Source: Octopus sinensis (lineage: Eukaryota). From it: a DNA stretch of 64,000 nucleotides. Both the position numbers and the translations under genes were made by a program. A model generated the notes under the pieces. The model ran no database searches and had not been told where the DNA came from. It was given only the letters and a program-made list of their open reading frames with translations. Positions 1 to 13,964 of the stretch are shown here, piece after piece (position 1 is the first letter of the stretch; the number at the start of each line of letters is the position of its first letter). Location: positions 10,540,001 to 10,604,000 of the forward strand of contig NC_043023.1 of assembly GCF_006345805.1 (NCBI RefSeq), in the 5' to 3' direction.

Positions 1-920
1 GGTGTGTCTTGTCAGGTGTGCTTTGTCAGGTGACTTGTCAAAAGGTACCACATAATTTAATTTCTGTTTTCCTTTTTTGGATTAGAATTCTTTCGGGTAG
101 TTCGAATGTGTCAAGCATTTTTCAGTTCCCATCTACCACATCCTCTCACAAGGCTTTGTTTGGCCACTCTGGGACTGAACCCAGGACCATGTGGTTGGCA
201 AGCCAACATCTTACCACACAACCATCCCTGCACTTCTATAGCCATGTCTATATAAAAATGTAGTAAAACTCTCACTGTTTTAATCTCTCTAATTCCGAAT
301 TATCTTGTATGTTTTACACTGTTGTTTCTCTTTCGTTTCAGATTATCAGATGACATCTGCTTCACAAGAGTTTTATATAAGCAACGTCATTAGAATGGAA
401 AGTCTTTTGAAGACTGAGCAAAGATGTTATACAAAACACGTATAACCCTGTTTCTATAAATATTTACTGAATTACTGCAAAATATATCTTCTGAACTGAC
501 ATATATCTTCTTTATTGTTTGGAGTACACAGAAAATTAAATTTGTATTTGAATTAATCCTTTAGCATTTGTACTGGCCGTATCAGTCCCAAACTTTCAAG
601 CTATTTTATGTTAAAACTGCCCACATCTGGCCTCTTATACTCACCTGGCAATGTCATATAAACATAAAGAATCACATCGTTGAAATCTTAAAGCAATAAG
701 ATAATGAATGATTAATTCAGAAGAATTTGAATAAATAATCATTACATTCAACAGAGTAATCTGCGTGTTAATGAGAAGTAATTAAGAAGGCAGTTTGCAG
801 CATCTTCAGATATTAACAAAGATCACTATTGATGGAGATATATCAGTAGAAATATTTGTTCAGAGCAATATACGAGAAGAAGGAAAACCTTTGTGTACTG
901 TGACGAGAGAAAGGAAAGTT

Positions 921-2687
921 ATGGAAAATGAATTATATCGGAGTGAAGTTGAATGTAAAAGAGAGTCTGAAGAAATTGATTTTTCTGATGAGGAAAAGAA
1001 TGAAAAGGGCAAAACAGCATTTGATTGTGATATCTGTGGCAAGTCGTTCTCTCGGAAAGCTAAGTTAGTCATTCACGAACGTACTCATACAGGAGAAAAA
1101 CCATATCAATGTGAAATCTGTGGTAAATCTTTCTCTCGAAACGAAAACTTAACTAGGCACAAGAATGGTGTTCACACTGGAGAAGCACAATATCACTGTG
1201 ATATCTGTGACAAATCGTTTTCTCAAAACGATCATTTAACTATGCACAGGCGTGTTCATACAGGAGAAAAACCATATCACTGTGAAATCTGTGGTAAATC
1301 TTTCTCTCGAAACGATACCTTAACCAAGCACAAGCGTGTTCATACAGGAGAAAAACCATGTCACTGTGATATTTGTGGTAAATCCTTCTTTGATAAAAGT
1401 TACTTAACTAGACACATATGTATTCACACAGGTGAAAAGCCATATCAGTGTGATATCTGTGGTAAATCTTTCTCTGAAACTAGTACCTTAACAATGCACA
1501 AGCGTACTGTTCACACAGGAGAGAAACCATATCACTGTGATATCTGTGGTATAAAATTCTCTCAAAACGATCACTTGACTATTCATAAATGCATTCACAC
1601 AGGAGAGAAACCATATCACTGTGAAGTCTGTGGTAAATCCTTTTCTCGAAACGATACCTTAACTATGCACAGGCGTGTTCATACTGGAGAAAAACCATAT
1701 CAATGTGAAATCTGTGGTAAATCTTTCTCTCGAAACGAAAACTTAACTAGGCACAAGAGTGGTGTTCACACAGGAGAAGGACCATATCACTGTGAAATCT
1801 GTGACAAATCTTTCTCTCGAAACGATCACTTAACTATGCACAGGCGTGTTCATACAGGAGAAAAGCCATATCACTGTGAAATCTGTGGTAAATCTTTCTC
1901 TCGAAACGATAACTTAACCAAGCACAAACGTGTTCATACAGGAGAAAAACCATATCACTGTGAAATCTGTGGTAAATCTTTCTCTCGAAACAAATGCTTA
2001 ACCAAGCACAAGCGTGTTCATACAGGAGAAAAACCATATCACTGTGAAATTTGTGGTAAATCCTTTTCTCAAAACGAAAACTTAACCATACACAGGCATG
2101 TTCATACAGGAGAAAAACCATATCACTGTGAAATCTGTGGTAAATCTTTCTCTCAAAACAAAACCTTAACCAAGCACAAGCAGGTTCATACAGGTGAAAA
2201 ACCATATCACTGTGAAATCTGTGGTAAATCCTTTTCTCAAAATGATCACTTAACTATGCACAAGCGTGTTCATACAGGAGAAAAACCATATCACTGTGAA
2301 ATCTGTGGTAAATCTTTCTCTCGAAACGATTGCTTAACCATGCACAAGCGTGTTCATACAGGAGAAAACCCATATCACTGTGATATCTGTGGTAAATCTT
2401 TCTCTCTAAATGATACCTTAACCAAGCACAGGCGTGTTCATACTGGAGAAAACCCATATCACTGTGATATCTGTGATAAATCCTTCTCTCGAAGTGATAG
2501 CTTGACTAAGCACATACGCATCCATACAGGTAAGAAGCCATACTACTGTGATATCTGTGGTAAATCCTTTTCTCAAAGCGATACCTTAAGTAGGCACAAG
2601 ATTAGTGTTCATACAGGAGAAATACCATATCATTGTGATATCTCTGGTAAATCATTTTCTCAAAATAGTCAGCTGCTTAATCACTGA
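921..2687 (+). CDS. C2H2 zinc-finger protein (ZNF-A), 19 intact fingers plus 1 degenerate, short acidic N-terminus
   Basis: ORF 795..2687 in the track starts at TTG; the first ATG is at 921 (MENELY...). Repeated CxxC-x12-HxxxH with TGEKPY linkers. The upstream in-frame extension is closed by TGA in three paralogues, supporting the ATG start. Confidence 0.9.
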   Translation: MENELYRSEVECKRESEEIDFSDEEKNEKGKTAFDCDICGKSFSRKAKLVIHERTHTGEKPYQCEICGKSFSRNENLTRHKNGVHTGEAQYHCDICDKSFSQNDHLTMHRRVHTGEKPYHCEICGKSFSRNDTLTKHKRVHTGEKPCHCDICGKSFFDKSYLTRHICIHTGEKPYQCDICGKSFSETSTLTMHKRTVHTGEKPYHCDICGIKFSQNDHLTIHKCIHTGEKPYHCEVCGKSFSRNDTLTMHRRVHTGEKPYQCEICGKSFSRNENLTRHKSGVHTGEGPYHCEICDKSFSRNDHLTMHRRVHTGEKPYHCEICGKSFSRNDNLTKHKRVHTGEKPYHCEICGKSFSRNKCLTKHKRVHTGEKPYHCEICGKSFSQNENLTIHRHVHTGEKPYHCEICGKSFSQNKTLTKHKQVHTGEKPYHCEICGKSFSQNDHLTMHKRVHTGEKPYHCEICGKSFSRNDCLTMHKRVHTGENPYHCDICGKSFSLNDTLTKHRRVHTGENPYHCDICDKSFSRSDSLTKHIRIHTGKKPYYCDICGKSFSQSDTLSRHKISVHTGEIPYHCDISGKSFSQNSQLLNH

Positions 2688-3210
2688 TACATTCATACAG
2701 GGTAAAAAAACCATATCACTGCGAAATCTGTGGTAAATCATTCTTTCAAAATAAAGGCGTGACTAATCACAGAAGCATTCATATAGGAGAGAAGCTGTAG
2801 CAATGTCATATCTGTGGTAAAATATTTTAGGAAAATAGAATCTTAACTAATCAGATACATATTCACACAGGAGAGATGTCATATCATTGCGGTGTCTGTG
2901 GTAAGTCATTCTCTGATGGACCCAGGTTAACTGTTAGCAAATACATTCATTCAAGTGTGAAAACCATATCACTGTGAAATCTGTGGTAAATCTTTCTCTC
3001 AAAATGGTCGCGTAACTATTCACATACGCATTCATACAAGAGAGAAGCCATATCACTGTGATATCTGTGGTAAATCATTCTCTACATGGAGTGCCTTATT
3101 TAAACACAAATACATTCATGCAGGAGAAAAGCCATATCATTGTGAAATCTGTGGTAAATCCTGTTCTCAAAACGATCACTTAACCAAGCACAAGCATGTT
3201 CATACAGACA
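2688..3210 (+). pseudogene. Degenerate zinc-finger repeats downstream of the stop codon (shared 3' tail)
   Basis: Finger-like sequence (catatcactgtgaaatctgtggtaaa...) continues with frameshifts and stops. The same tail follows the other paralogues (e.g. after 7946, 18563, 36424, 54636, 62848). Confidence 0.8.
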
Positions 3211-3865
3211 GGGAACACATTTCATGAGGAATAGATTCATTTCCCAAGTCACAGACATTGTTTATGAGTTTTATTTTTCAAGCACAACATCCAAATTTTG
3301 AAAGTTTCTACTACCATAACAAATGCATCTGTGTCTTACCAAGAAGTTTATAAAACGCAAAAGAATGCTTTTCAGTAAATAATTCTAGACATGTTTCTTT
3401 GCTTGTGAATCAGTGGTCACGTCTACAAATGATGGTGTCCCTGAGTCTTTTCAAAGTGATTCAGAAAACAATTATAATAATAATATTTTATCTATTCTAA
3501 ATGATCTTGACATTGTTTTTGACTTTACATAAAATATTCTTTACATTCTACTGTTGTTTTATTGTCATTTATTTACAAGTATTATTAATTTTATTGGTAA
3601 AATAATTTTCTAGGAATGAATTACAATTTATAACATTGCTTCTATGGGAAATTATTGCTTTGCTTTATGAGTTTTCACTTCAGGAGCAATCTCCAGTAAG
3701 AAATTAACTCATATATCAAAGCATTATTGTGTTTGATATTATTTTGGCACAAGGCCAGCAATTTCAGGGGAAGGAGTAAGTTGAATAACCACATGGATCA
3801 GCATGTGTGCTTTTTACATGAACTAGCACAAATGCTTCTTACAGGGAGTGGCATTGCACGATATA

Positions 3866-4266
3866 TCTATATATATAACGCTGAAGTTGTCTGTGTGTGT
3901 GTGGCAGGTTTTGCAGCCTTCAACTAACACTATCTCTACCGAGACACTGTGGCGTATGTTGACCAAAATTGAGAGGATTATAGATGAAGGCTTGCTCTTC
4001 CTTCCGTAGGAGAAAAAATTCAAATCGCACCATGTCAACACCAAAAATTATTTAGATCAGAGAGGTGTTTTTTTTTCTATGAAAATCCCTATTTTTTACG
4101 ATTCTTTGACTGCTGTGTCACCGTTTTTTGGTGTATTTCAACCAGAAAAATGTTCACTTAAATAGAATAACAAGCTACATGATGCAAAATTTATACTTTT
4201 CAAAAATTCCAATTCTAAAGGGTCGAAAAGAAAACAAACCCGAGCAACGCTGGGCTATACTTCTAG
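3866..4266 (+). mobile_element. Non-autonomous Helitron (unit family), copy 1
   Basis: A|TC 5' end (atatatctatatatata...), 3' hairpin cccgagcaacgctggg followed by CTAG|T at 4263-4267, no TSD: the standard Helitron signature. Confidence 0.8.
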
Positions 4267-4270
4267 TATA

Positions 4271-4318
<48 letters not shown>

Positions 4319-4859
4319 GCTATGTAACTTCTCATATATATTTGAAGGCGCATGGCTCAATCGTGAGTTCAATTCCCGTCATCTTCATTACATTGAACAT
4401 TGTTAAAGGTTAAAGGGTCAAAGCGAAATGCAGCCACATTTTCTCTACAAGACTACTTTAAAACGTTTTCCAATGGCTGAATGACGAAACGTTTTAATCT
4501 GGTTTCTGCCCTAAATATTCTGCTAAAGTAAGGATGCATGTTGTACACCAGCAAATACTCAGTGAAGTGCAAGTTAATTCATAATTAGTCAACGCCGTTG
4601 CCAAACACTGAAGAATCTTGTTTAATAATTTGGCTAATTTAGTGAAATTCAAAAGTTACTCCAATACTGATTCGGTGTAAGGAATGGAAACCTACTTATT
4701 TCCCCTTTAATTTCTATTTACTTTCTTAAATCTCCCATACTGAAGGATTATGCTTATTAGAGCCATGCTATCCATGCCAACCGTGTACAATTACTAACAT
4801 TTTCACACACTAAACCATCCCTCTTACTAAAAATATCCTTCTTCTAGAGGATGGGGTTT

Positions 4860-5260
4860 AGTCAACGGGTACTTATTTTATCGACACCTAAACGATGAAA
4901 GACCCAATCGACCATGGTGGAATTTGAACTGAGAACTGTGGGATGACGTCAGCGGCTAGGAAGCTGACCGGAAGAGGAAGGGCGCGCATAGGGTAGGGGC
5001 GATTGCGCCTTTTTCGATCGGGGAAGTTGTGAGTGCATGACGTGTCAGTGGTTCGACCAGGTGAGGGATAGCATCTGCTATTTTTAGCGTTTCGGGACGG
5101 GCCACGTGGAAGGGTACATTACCATCCGACAGATATGGGTCAACGAAGAGAAGGTACGTGTCTTAATTCTAATCTCCCGCATTCACTACAAACGTAGCGA
5201 CGGTCGAAATAGCGGTTCGCATTTCGTCCGGCGTGCTAACGATCCTGCCAGCTCGCCGCC
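4860..5260 (-). mobile_element. tRNA-derived SINE (minus strand) split by a 253-bp insertion
   Basis: Reverse complement of 5190-5260 is the SINE head (GGCGGCGAGCTGGCAG...GTTAGCACGCCGG); 4860-4936 is its continuation (GTTCTCAGTTCAAATTCC...GTCGATAAAATAAGTACC). Matches the uninterrupted + copies at 25153 and 45281. Confidence 0.75.
4937..5189 (+). promoter_or_regulatory. CpG-rich promoter / first-exon-like insert (possibly LTR-derived), copy 1
   Basis: TGACGTCA (CRE) 4944-4951, CCGGAAG (ETS) 4968-4974, CACGTG 5103-5108, consensus-like donor AAG|GTACGT at 5154. Conserved in three copies upstream of ZNF genes. Confidence 0.55.
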
Positions 5261-5276
5261 CTGGAAAATAGATTAG

Positions 5277-5396
5277 ATGCTTTGGGCAGATAGGTTGTCC
5301 AAGCGGTCACCCATCTAAGTACCCTGCAGGCTGGACATTGCTTCACTTCGGTGATCAGGCGAGACAAGGTGCAATCAGCATTATATGGCTGTAATA
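5277..5396 (-). pseudogene. Divergent 5S rRNA-like sequence, copy 1
   Basis: Reverse complement reads TACAGCCATA...TCTCGCCTGATCACCGAAGTGAAGCA...GTACTTAGATGGGTGACCGCTTGG, colinear with metazoan 5S over ~120 nt with recognisable box A/box C. TTTT lies shortly downstream. Confidence 0.75.
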
Positions 5397-6106
5397 ACAA
5401 TATTAACAGTTTCAAAACATTCGCATTTTCTGAAGGTGGTAAAGTAGAGTTTGGTCAGTCGCTCGTAGAAGTTATTCTCCTTCATATAATTATTTCTTCA
5501 GTTATCTGCTAGGAGCATAGTTTTTATTAAAAGGCCTACTGATGGTGGTTTGGGGGAGTTAGTAACTACCACCGACCTCTTGTTTTGAATGGGTCTTTAT
5601 TTTATTCATCCCAAATCAATGAAAGGTAAAATTGACATCGGTGGGATTTCGTTTCGGTAATTAAAGCAAACCAATGTATGTTTTATACATTCCCCTTTTT
5701 TATAAGTTTTTGTCAGTTTTTGTAAGTGTTTCTTGCCCTCCCATTCCCGCTTAACAAACGGTGTTGGTATATTTGCATCCCTGGAACTTTCGGCAGTAGA
5801 CTGATAAAATGAGTGTCAGGCATAAAAAACAAGTAAGTACTGGGGTCGATCCAATTTCAATACAGATTCTTCAAGGAGATTCCCCAGCGTGGTGGCAGTC
5901 TAATGACAGAAACAAGTAAAAGATAATAATAATAATAATTAATTCGTTTATTAGCCACAAGGGCTAACAAAAATCAATTATAACAAGCTACTTACCACAC
6001 AACCACTCCTGCGCCTATAAAAAGATGTAGTAAAACTTTCACTGCTTTAATCTCTCTAATTCCTAATTATCTTGTATGTTTTACACTGTTGTTTCTCTTT
6101 CGTTTC

Positions 6107-6108
6107 AG
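6107..6108 (+). promoter_or_regulatory. Conserved 3' splice acceptor upstream of the ZNF CDS
   Basis: ttgtttctctttcgtttcAG polypyrimidine tract plus AG, identical at 340-341, 17412-13, 33317-18, 52815-16 and 59992-93. Confidence 0.65.
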
Positions 6109-6857
6109 ATTATCAGATGACATCTGCTTCACAGGATTTTTACATAAGCAAAGTCATTAGAATGGAAAGGCTTTTGAAGACTGAGCAAAGATGTTATACA
6201 AAACTCGTATAACCCTGTTTCTATAAATGTTTACTGAATTACTGCAAAATATATCTTCTGAACTCTGACATATATGTAGCAAAATTTCTCTTCTTTATTG
6301 TCTGGAATACACAGAAAATTATATTTGCATATTAATTAATCATTTAGCATTTAAACTAGCACAAATATTCTAACCTCTCACACTCACCCTGCAGTGTCAA
6401 TTTAAACATAAACAATCAAATCACTGAAGTCTCAAAGCTATGAGATAATCCATGATTAATTCAAAACAATATGAATAAATAAGCATTACATTTCACAAAG
6501 GAATCTCAATGCTAAACGGTTAAACTGGCCATATTTTTGGGTGTTTTATGTTCATACTAGCCAGATCCCACCCCTCACACCCACCCTACAAGGTCATTCT
6601 AAAAGTAAACAATCACAACATTGAAATCTGAACATGATAACATAATGAATGATTAATTCAGAAGAATTTCAATAAACATATTTGACAGAGTAATCTGAAT
6701 GTTAATGAGTTAAAGCAATTAAGAAGGCAGGTTGCAGCATCTTCAGATATTAACAAAGATCACTTTTGATGGAGATATATCAGTAGAAATATTTGTTAAG
6801 AGCAATATACGAGAAGAAGGAAAACCTTTGTGAACTGTGACGAGAGAAAGGAACATT

Positions 6858-8056
<1,199 letters not shown>

Positions 8057-8219
8057 TAGCAATGTCATATCTGTGGTAAATTATTTTATGAAAATAGAAT
8101 CTTTACTAATCAGATACATATTCACACAGGAGAGATGTCATATCATTGCGGTGTCTGTGGTAAGTCATTCTCTGATGGACCCAGCTTAACTGTTCGCAAA
8201 TACATTCATTCAAGTCTGA

Positions 8220-8324
<105 letters not shown>

Positions 8325-8327
8325 TGA

Positions 8328-8483
<156 letters not shown>

Positions 8484-9124
8484 TGAGGAATAGATTCATT
8501 TCCCAAGTTACAGACATTGTTTATGAGTTTTATTTTTCAAGCATAACATCCAAATTTTGAAAGTTTCTGCTACCATAACAAATGCATCTGTGTCTCCCCA
8601 AGAAGTTTATAAAGAGCAAAGGAATGCTTCTCAGTAAACAACTCTAGACTTGTTTCTTTGCTTGTGAATCAGTGGTCAAGTCTACAAATGATGGTGTCCC
8701 TGAGTCTTGTGAAAGTGATTCAGAAAACAATTATAATAATAATATTTTGTCTATTCTAAATGATCTGGACATTGTTTTTGACTTTACATAAAATATTCTT
8801 TACATTCTACTGTTGTTTTATTGTCATTTATTTACAAGTATTATAAATTTTATTGGTAAAATATTTTTCTGGCAATGAATTACAATTTATAACATTGCTT
8901 CTATGGGAAATTATTGCTTTGCTTTATGAGTTTTCACTTTAGGAGCAATCTCCAGTAAGAAATTAACTCATATATCAAGGCATTATTGTATCTGACATTA
9001 TTTTGGCACAAGGCCAGCAATTTCAGGGGAAGGAGTAAGTTGAATAACCACATGGATCAGCATGTGTGCTTTTTACATGAACTAGGACAAATGCTTCTTA
9101 CAGGGAGTGGCATTGCACGATATA

Positions 9125-9494
9125 TCTATATATATAAAGCTGAAGTTGTCTGTGTGTGTGGCAGGTTTTGCAGCCTTCAACTAACACTATCTCCTAAGAG
9201 ACCCTGCGGTGCAAGTTGAACAAAACTGAGAGTATGATAAAAGAAGGCTTGCTCTTCCGTACTTAGAAGAAAAAATTCAAATAGGACTAAGTTAACACCA
9301 AAATTTATTTCCATCAAAAAGGTGCTTTTTTCTTCTATGAAAATCCCTATATATTATGATTCTTTGACTGCTGTGTTGCCATTTTTTTTTGGTGTATTTC
9401 AACCAGAAAACTGTTCACTTTCCCAGATAATGCAAAATTTTCAAAACTTCCAATTCTAAAGGGTCAGAAAAAAAAAACCCGAGCAATGCCGGGC

Positions 9495-9497
<3 letters not shown>
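9125..9497 (+). mobile_element. Non-autonomous Helitron, copy 2 (terminal CTAG lost)
   Basis: TC start and cccgagcaatgccggg hairpin, running into (TA)n; homologous to 3866-4266. Confidence 0.7.
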
Positions 9498-9530
<33 letters not shown>

Positions 9531-9576
9531 CATATATATACATATATATATATATACATATATATTTATATATACA

Positions 9577-9616
<40 letters not shown>

Positions 9617-9624
9617 CATAAATC

Positions 9625-9659
<35 letters not shown>

Positions 9660-9660
9660 G
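9495..9660. repeat. (TA)n microsatellite with variant units
   Basis: Directly visible. Confidence 0.95.
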
Positions 9661-11803
9661 CTCTCTATGTATAAATGAAATTTTTTTCATTATTAAAGCG
9701 GGTAGGCATATTATTAACAACATAAATGAAAAAAACTTGTTTTGCATTCATAAACTACCGTTCACCTTCTCTAGATTCAGATAGAACTTAGCTTTTCTAC
9801 TAATAATTTTTAACTCCCTTCTGTAACTAACTATACTAGTGGTCTTCTATAATTCTAAAGCATGCAACTTATAAATGTATAATTTTATATAATTTTGTAG
9901 CTACACATGTATAATAATAGATGTGTCCAGTATTAATTGTTTTTTGTTTTTTGTATGTGGGTTTTTGTCTTGTTTTTAAGGGAAATACACTATGACAAGT
10001 AATAACTTATTCATTTTGGTATTTGCCTTGTAATATGTGATTCTCGAAGTTTTCTAATATCGCATAGTGTATATGAATATCAAGGTTAGTTACCTAGCTC
10101 TTGATAATGTAATACTATTGTGCAATATATGAGAGCCTTTTTGGGAGTTTGTTTTGTCTAGGTTTTTTGTATGTTTATTTGGCAGGTTTATATTGTATAT
10201 TTGGTCTTTCTTTGTACTCACCTTAATTTGTATCTTATGCTATTTACTAATAAACCTTTTCATTTACAAACATTAAGCTTTATAAATATTACCAGCCTTA
10301 TATATTTAGTCTATATTTATAGTCTTCTGGATCTGTACATTAAATTATCCATCTATCCAATTTTTTACTCACTATCTACAGGTATAAACTTTCATAGTAT
10401 TAGCCTGTATACTAAGTTTATATTAGTACTTTCTTCAATATATATCTTCACTTTATTTATGTTATTGATTTACATTTATACTCTTTTATGTATATGTGGA
10501 TATATGCATATTAGCATTACTATATATTAGGTGTACCTGTACCTATGCATTATCTGAATTGGTTCTCTATGGTATCTATCTTTGCATTTAGTCATCTAAT
10601 TATTTATTTATTTATTTACTTATATAAGTGTAGATTTATACATACATATCAATAATTTATTTCTTAATAATATATGAATACATATATACTGGTTTGTACT
10701 TATATTATGTGTGTAATCGTAATTATTTCTTCTTATTTATTTTATCACATTTTAACTTAAGTATTTACAATCTTTTAATTTCTGTGATTTTCTTATATAC
10801 GATTGCATTAGTGAGTCCCCCAGTTGTTATTATTTAATGCCTAATCTTGTTTATAATATAAAAATTAATCTATACTTTATAACTTAGCGTACATGGAATC
10901 ATAACTAATTACGGTAAATCTAGTAACCGTTATGTTGACTATGATAAAAACCGGCGTTAAATACGGAGGGTACCTAGTGAAATAGCATCCAACATCGTGA
11001 TATATTGATATATAAATATATATCTTTGAAATAAATATTTTATGGAAATATATGAGTGGATCATTTTGTTATTTGAGGCATAGTTATAATTTTGATAGAC
11101 TAGATGACAGTATAGTTGCTCCCCTATTTATTTATCTTTATGCTAGAGGTTGCTTGTGGATGTGTATGTGTATAAGTGTATGTGTGTGTGTATACATATA
11201 ATTATGTATGTATGTGCGATTGATCTGTCGATGTGCGTGTGCGTATTTGCGTTTCTTGATTAACTAACCGTAAAATTTCTTTCTGATTCAAATTTCAAAC
11301 TACAAGCCAATCAAATTAATCTAGAATAATCAATATCAAGCGGACAGAATAACTGAACTCATAGTTATTTCGATTTTGAATGGATGGACTTGGTGCAAAC
11401 TTAACTGTATCTATTATTATTATTATTATATTTATTAATAGTAATTTTTATTGACTTTTATAGGTTTATAATTTTATGAACTGAACTATGGTTTTTTATT
11501 ATTATTTTTCAGGTATAGGTATGATTTTAATTTAAATAGTAGTGCGCATACATCTCCCTATGTGTTAGTTTTTAGAACTATTAGCCAAATATGTAAAATA
11601 ACTGTGCTTATTAATATTAATATATACACTGATATATATTTTGTTTTATTTTGTTTTGTTTACCTTGCATTATTGTATCAATGAGTATTATATATGTGTA
11701 GCATTATGGAGTTTATGCACAAGTTTTTATATTTTACATTTTCATATTTTTATATTTATATGTATATGGAAAAATAATTTTTTCACAATTATAACAAATT
11801 AAA

Positions 11804-11915
11804 TTCTCTGAAGAGGCCGTGGGGCATCCTTGTTAATGCCTCATTTATACCTGCCTTTATGGCTTATAGGTTAAATGAGGTATGACTGCCCTTACTGCCG
11901 AAACAGCTGTCAGAT
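11804..11915 (+). ncRNA. Type I hammerhead ribozyme motif with long stem II and palindromic minimal stem III
   Basis: CTGAAGA 11808-11814; GGC/GCC closing an extended stem II; GAAAC-AGCT-GTC with predicted cleavage after C11911; 3-bp stem I TCT/AGA. Confidence 0.65.
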
Positions 11916-12101
11916 ATGATATAATTATATATTATATTTTATATTTTATATTTCTATTTCCTTGTCTATTTATATTTACTATATATTTTGTATAATGCCT
12001 TTACTGATATGTAATGGTGTAATAAAGTATCGATTGGGTATCATCTGATAGTTGATGTTTTATTGATTTAAGTATGTTTCTCCATTTTCTAATTTTGTAG
12101 T

Positions 12102-13013
<912 letters not shown>

Positions 13014-13773
13014 AAGTTAATCCAAAGAAGAAAACACAAAAAAAACAACGCGAGGACGTGGAATAAATATAGTATTATTTGACGGAAGCTATTATGTAAC
13101 TTCTCATATATATTTGAAGGTGCATGGCTCAGTCGTGAGTTCAATTCCCGTCATCTTCATCACATTGAACAATGTTAAAGGTTAAAGGGTCAAAGCGAAA
13201 TGCAGCCACATTTTCTCTACAAAACTACTTTAAAACGTTTTCCAATGGCTGAATGACGAAACGTATTAATCTGGTTTCTGTCCTAAATATTCTGCTAAAG
13301 TAAGGATGCATCTTGTACACCAGCAAATACTCAGTGAAGTGCAAGTAAATCAGTTGACCAAAAGATTGACTCCTCGTAGTGAAACGACGGAGATCCACCA
13401 CCGTTATAAGCCTATGAAGCCATCTAAAGATCGAATGCTTCTTTTTCCCGTAATTAGGCTCATGCCCTTGCTTATCTCCCTTTACTCACTAATTTTCCTT
13501 ATCGTCTTTCAATGAATTAATACCAACACAAATTTCTCTCAGATCTAATCCCTTCCTCTAATCAATGCTGGAATTTTTTTAGTAACAATCTTCCTCTGAA
13601 TATTATATGGAGCTGTATTCTTTTCATTTTCGTTTTCTACGCACTTTTTTAGGTACTACTAGCGAAAAGTGGTCCCGGTGCGCTCACAGCAAACGTTCGC
13701 ATTTTCTAAAGGTGACATATTACTAATTGGTCATTCATTTATGGAAGTTGTTCTTGATATAATAGTTTCTTAA

Positions 13774-13964
13774 GGCGGTGAGCTGGCAAAATACCTAGCC
13801 GTATTTCGTCTGTCTTAACGTTCTGAGTTCAAATTCCACCGAGATAGATTTTGCCTTTTATCCTTTCGAGGTCGATAAATTAAGTACCAGCTGCGTACTG
13901 TGATCGATCTAATCGACTGCCCCTCTCACCCCAAATTTCTGGCCTTGTGCCTAGAGTAGAAAAG
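13774..13964 (+). mobile_element. tRNA-derived SINE (Z-type unit)
   Basis: GGCGGTGAGCTGGCA head, GTTCTGAGTTCAAATTCC B-box region, flanked by an imperfect gatataattgtttctt TSD. Empty site at 30395-30410. Confidence 0.75.

Noticed and set aside
795-920. 42-aa N-terminal extension (MQHLQIL...) in track ORFs 795, 33973 and 60620
   Set aside because: Starts at TTG, and the same region carries an in-frame TGA in ZNF-B, -C and -F, so the downstream ATG is the likely start.
1834-2457. Minus-strand repetitive ORFs ([12 protein letters not shown]...) here and over every array
   Set aside because: Antisense shadows of the 84-bp finger repeat.
2685-2706. Stop read-through or UGA>UGG editing restoring the downstream fingers
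   Set aside because: The frame breaks again within a few codons (TAA or +1 shift at the G/A run) and the last finger already lacks a Cys.
4940-5160. Structured Pol III RNA gene (7SK, RNase P/MRP, SRP, U3)
   Set aside because: No diagnostic motifs recognised; a promoter/first-exon interpretation fits better. An Rfam scan would settle it.
5277-5396. Functional 5S rRNA gene
   Set aside because: Multiple substitutions in the terminal helix and internal regions and not in a 5S tandem array; treated as a pseudogene.
10960-11400. GIY-YIG endonuclease remnant upstream of the hammerhead
   Set aside because: Only faint resemblance with many stops; cannot be supported without a profile search.
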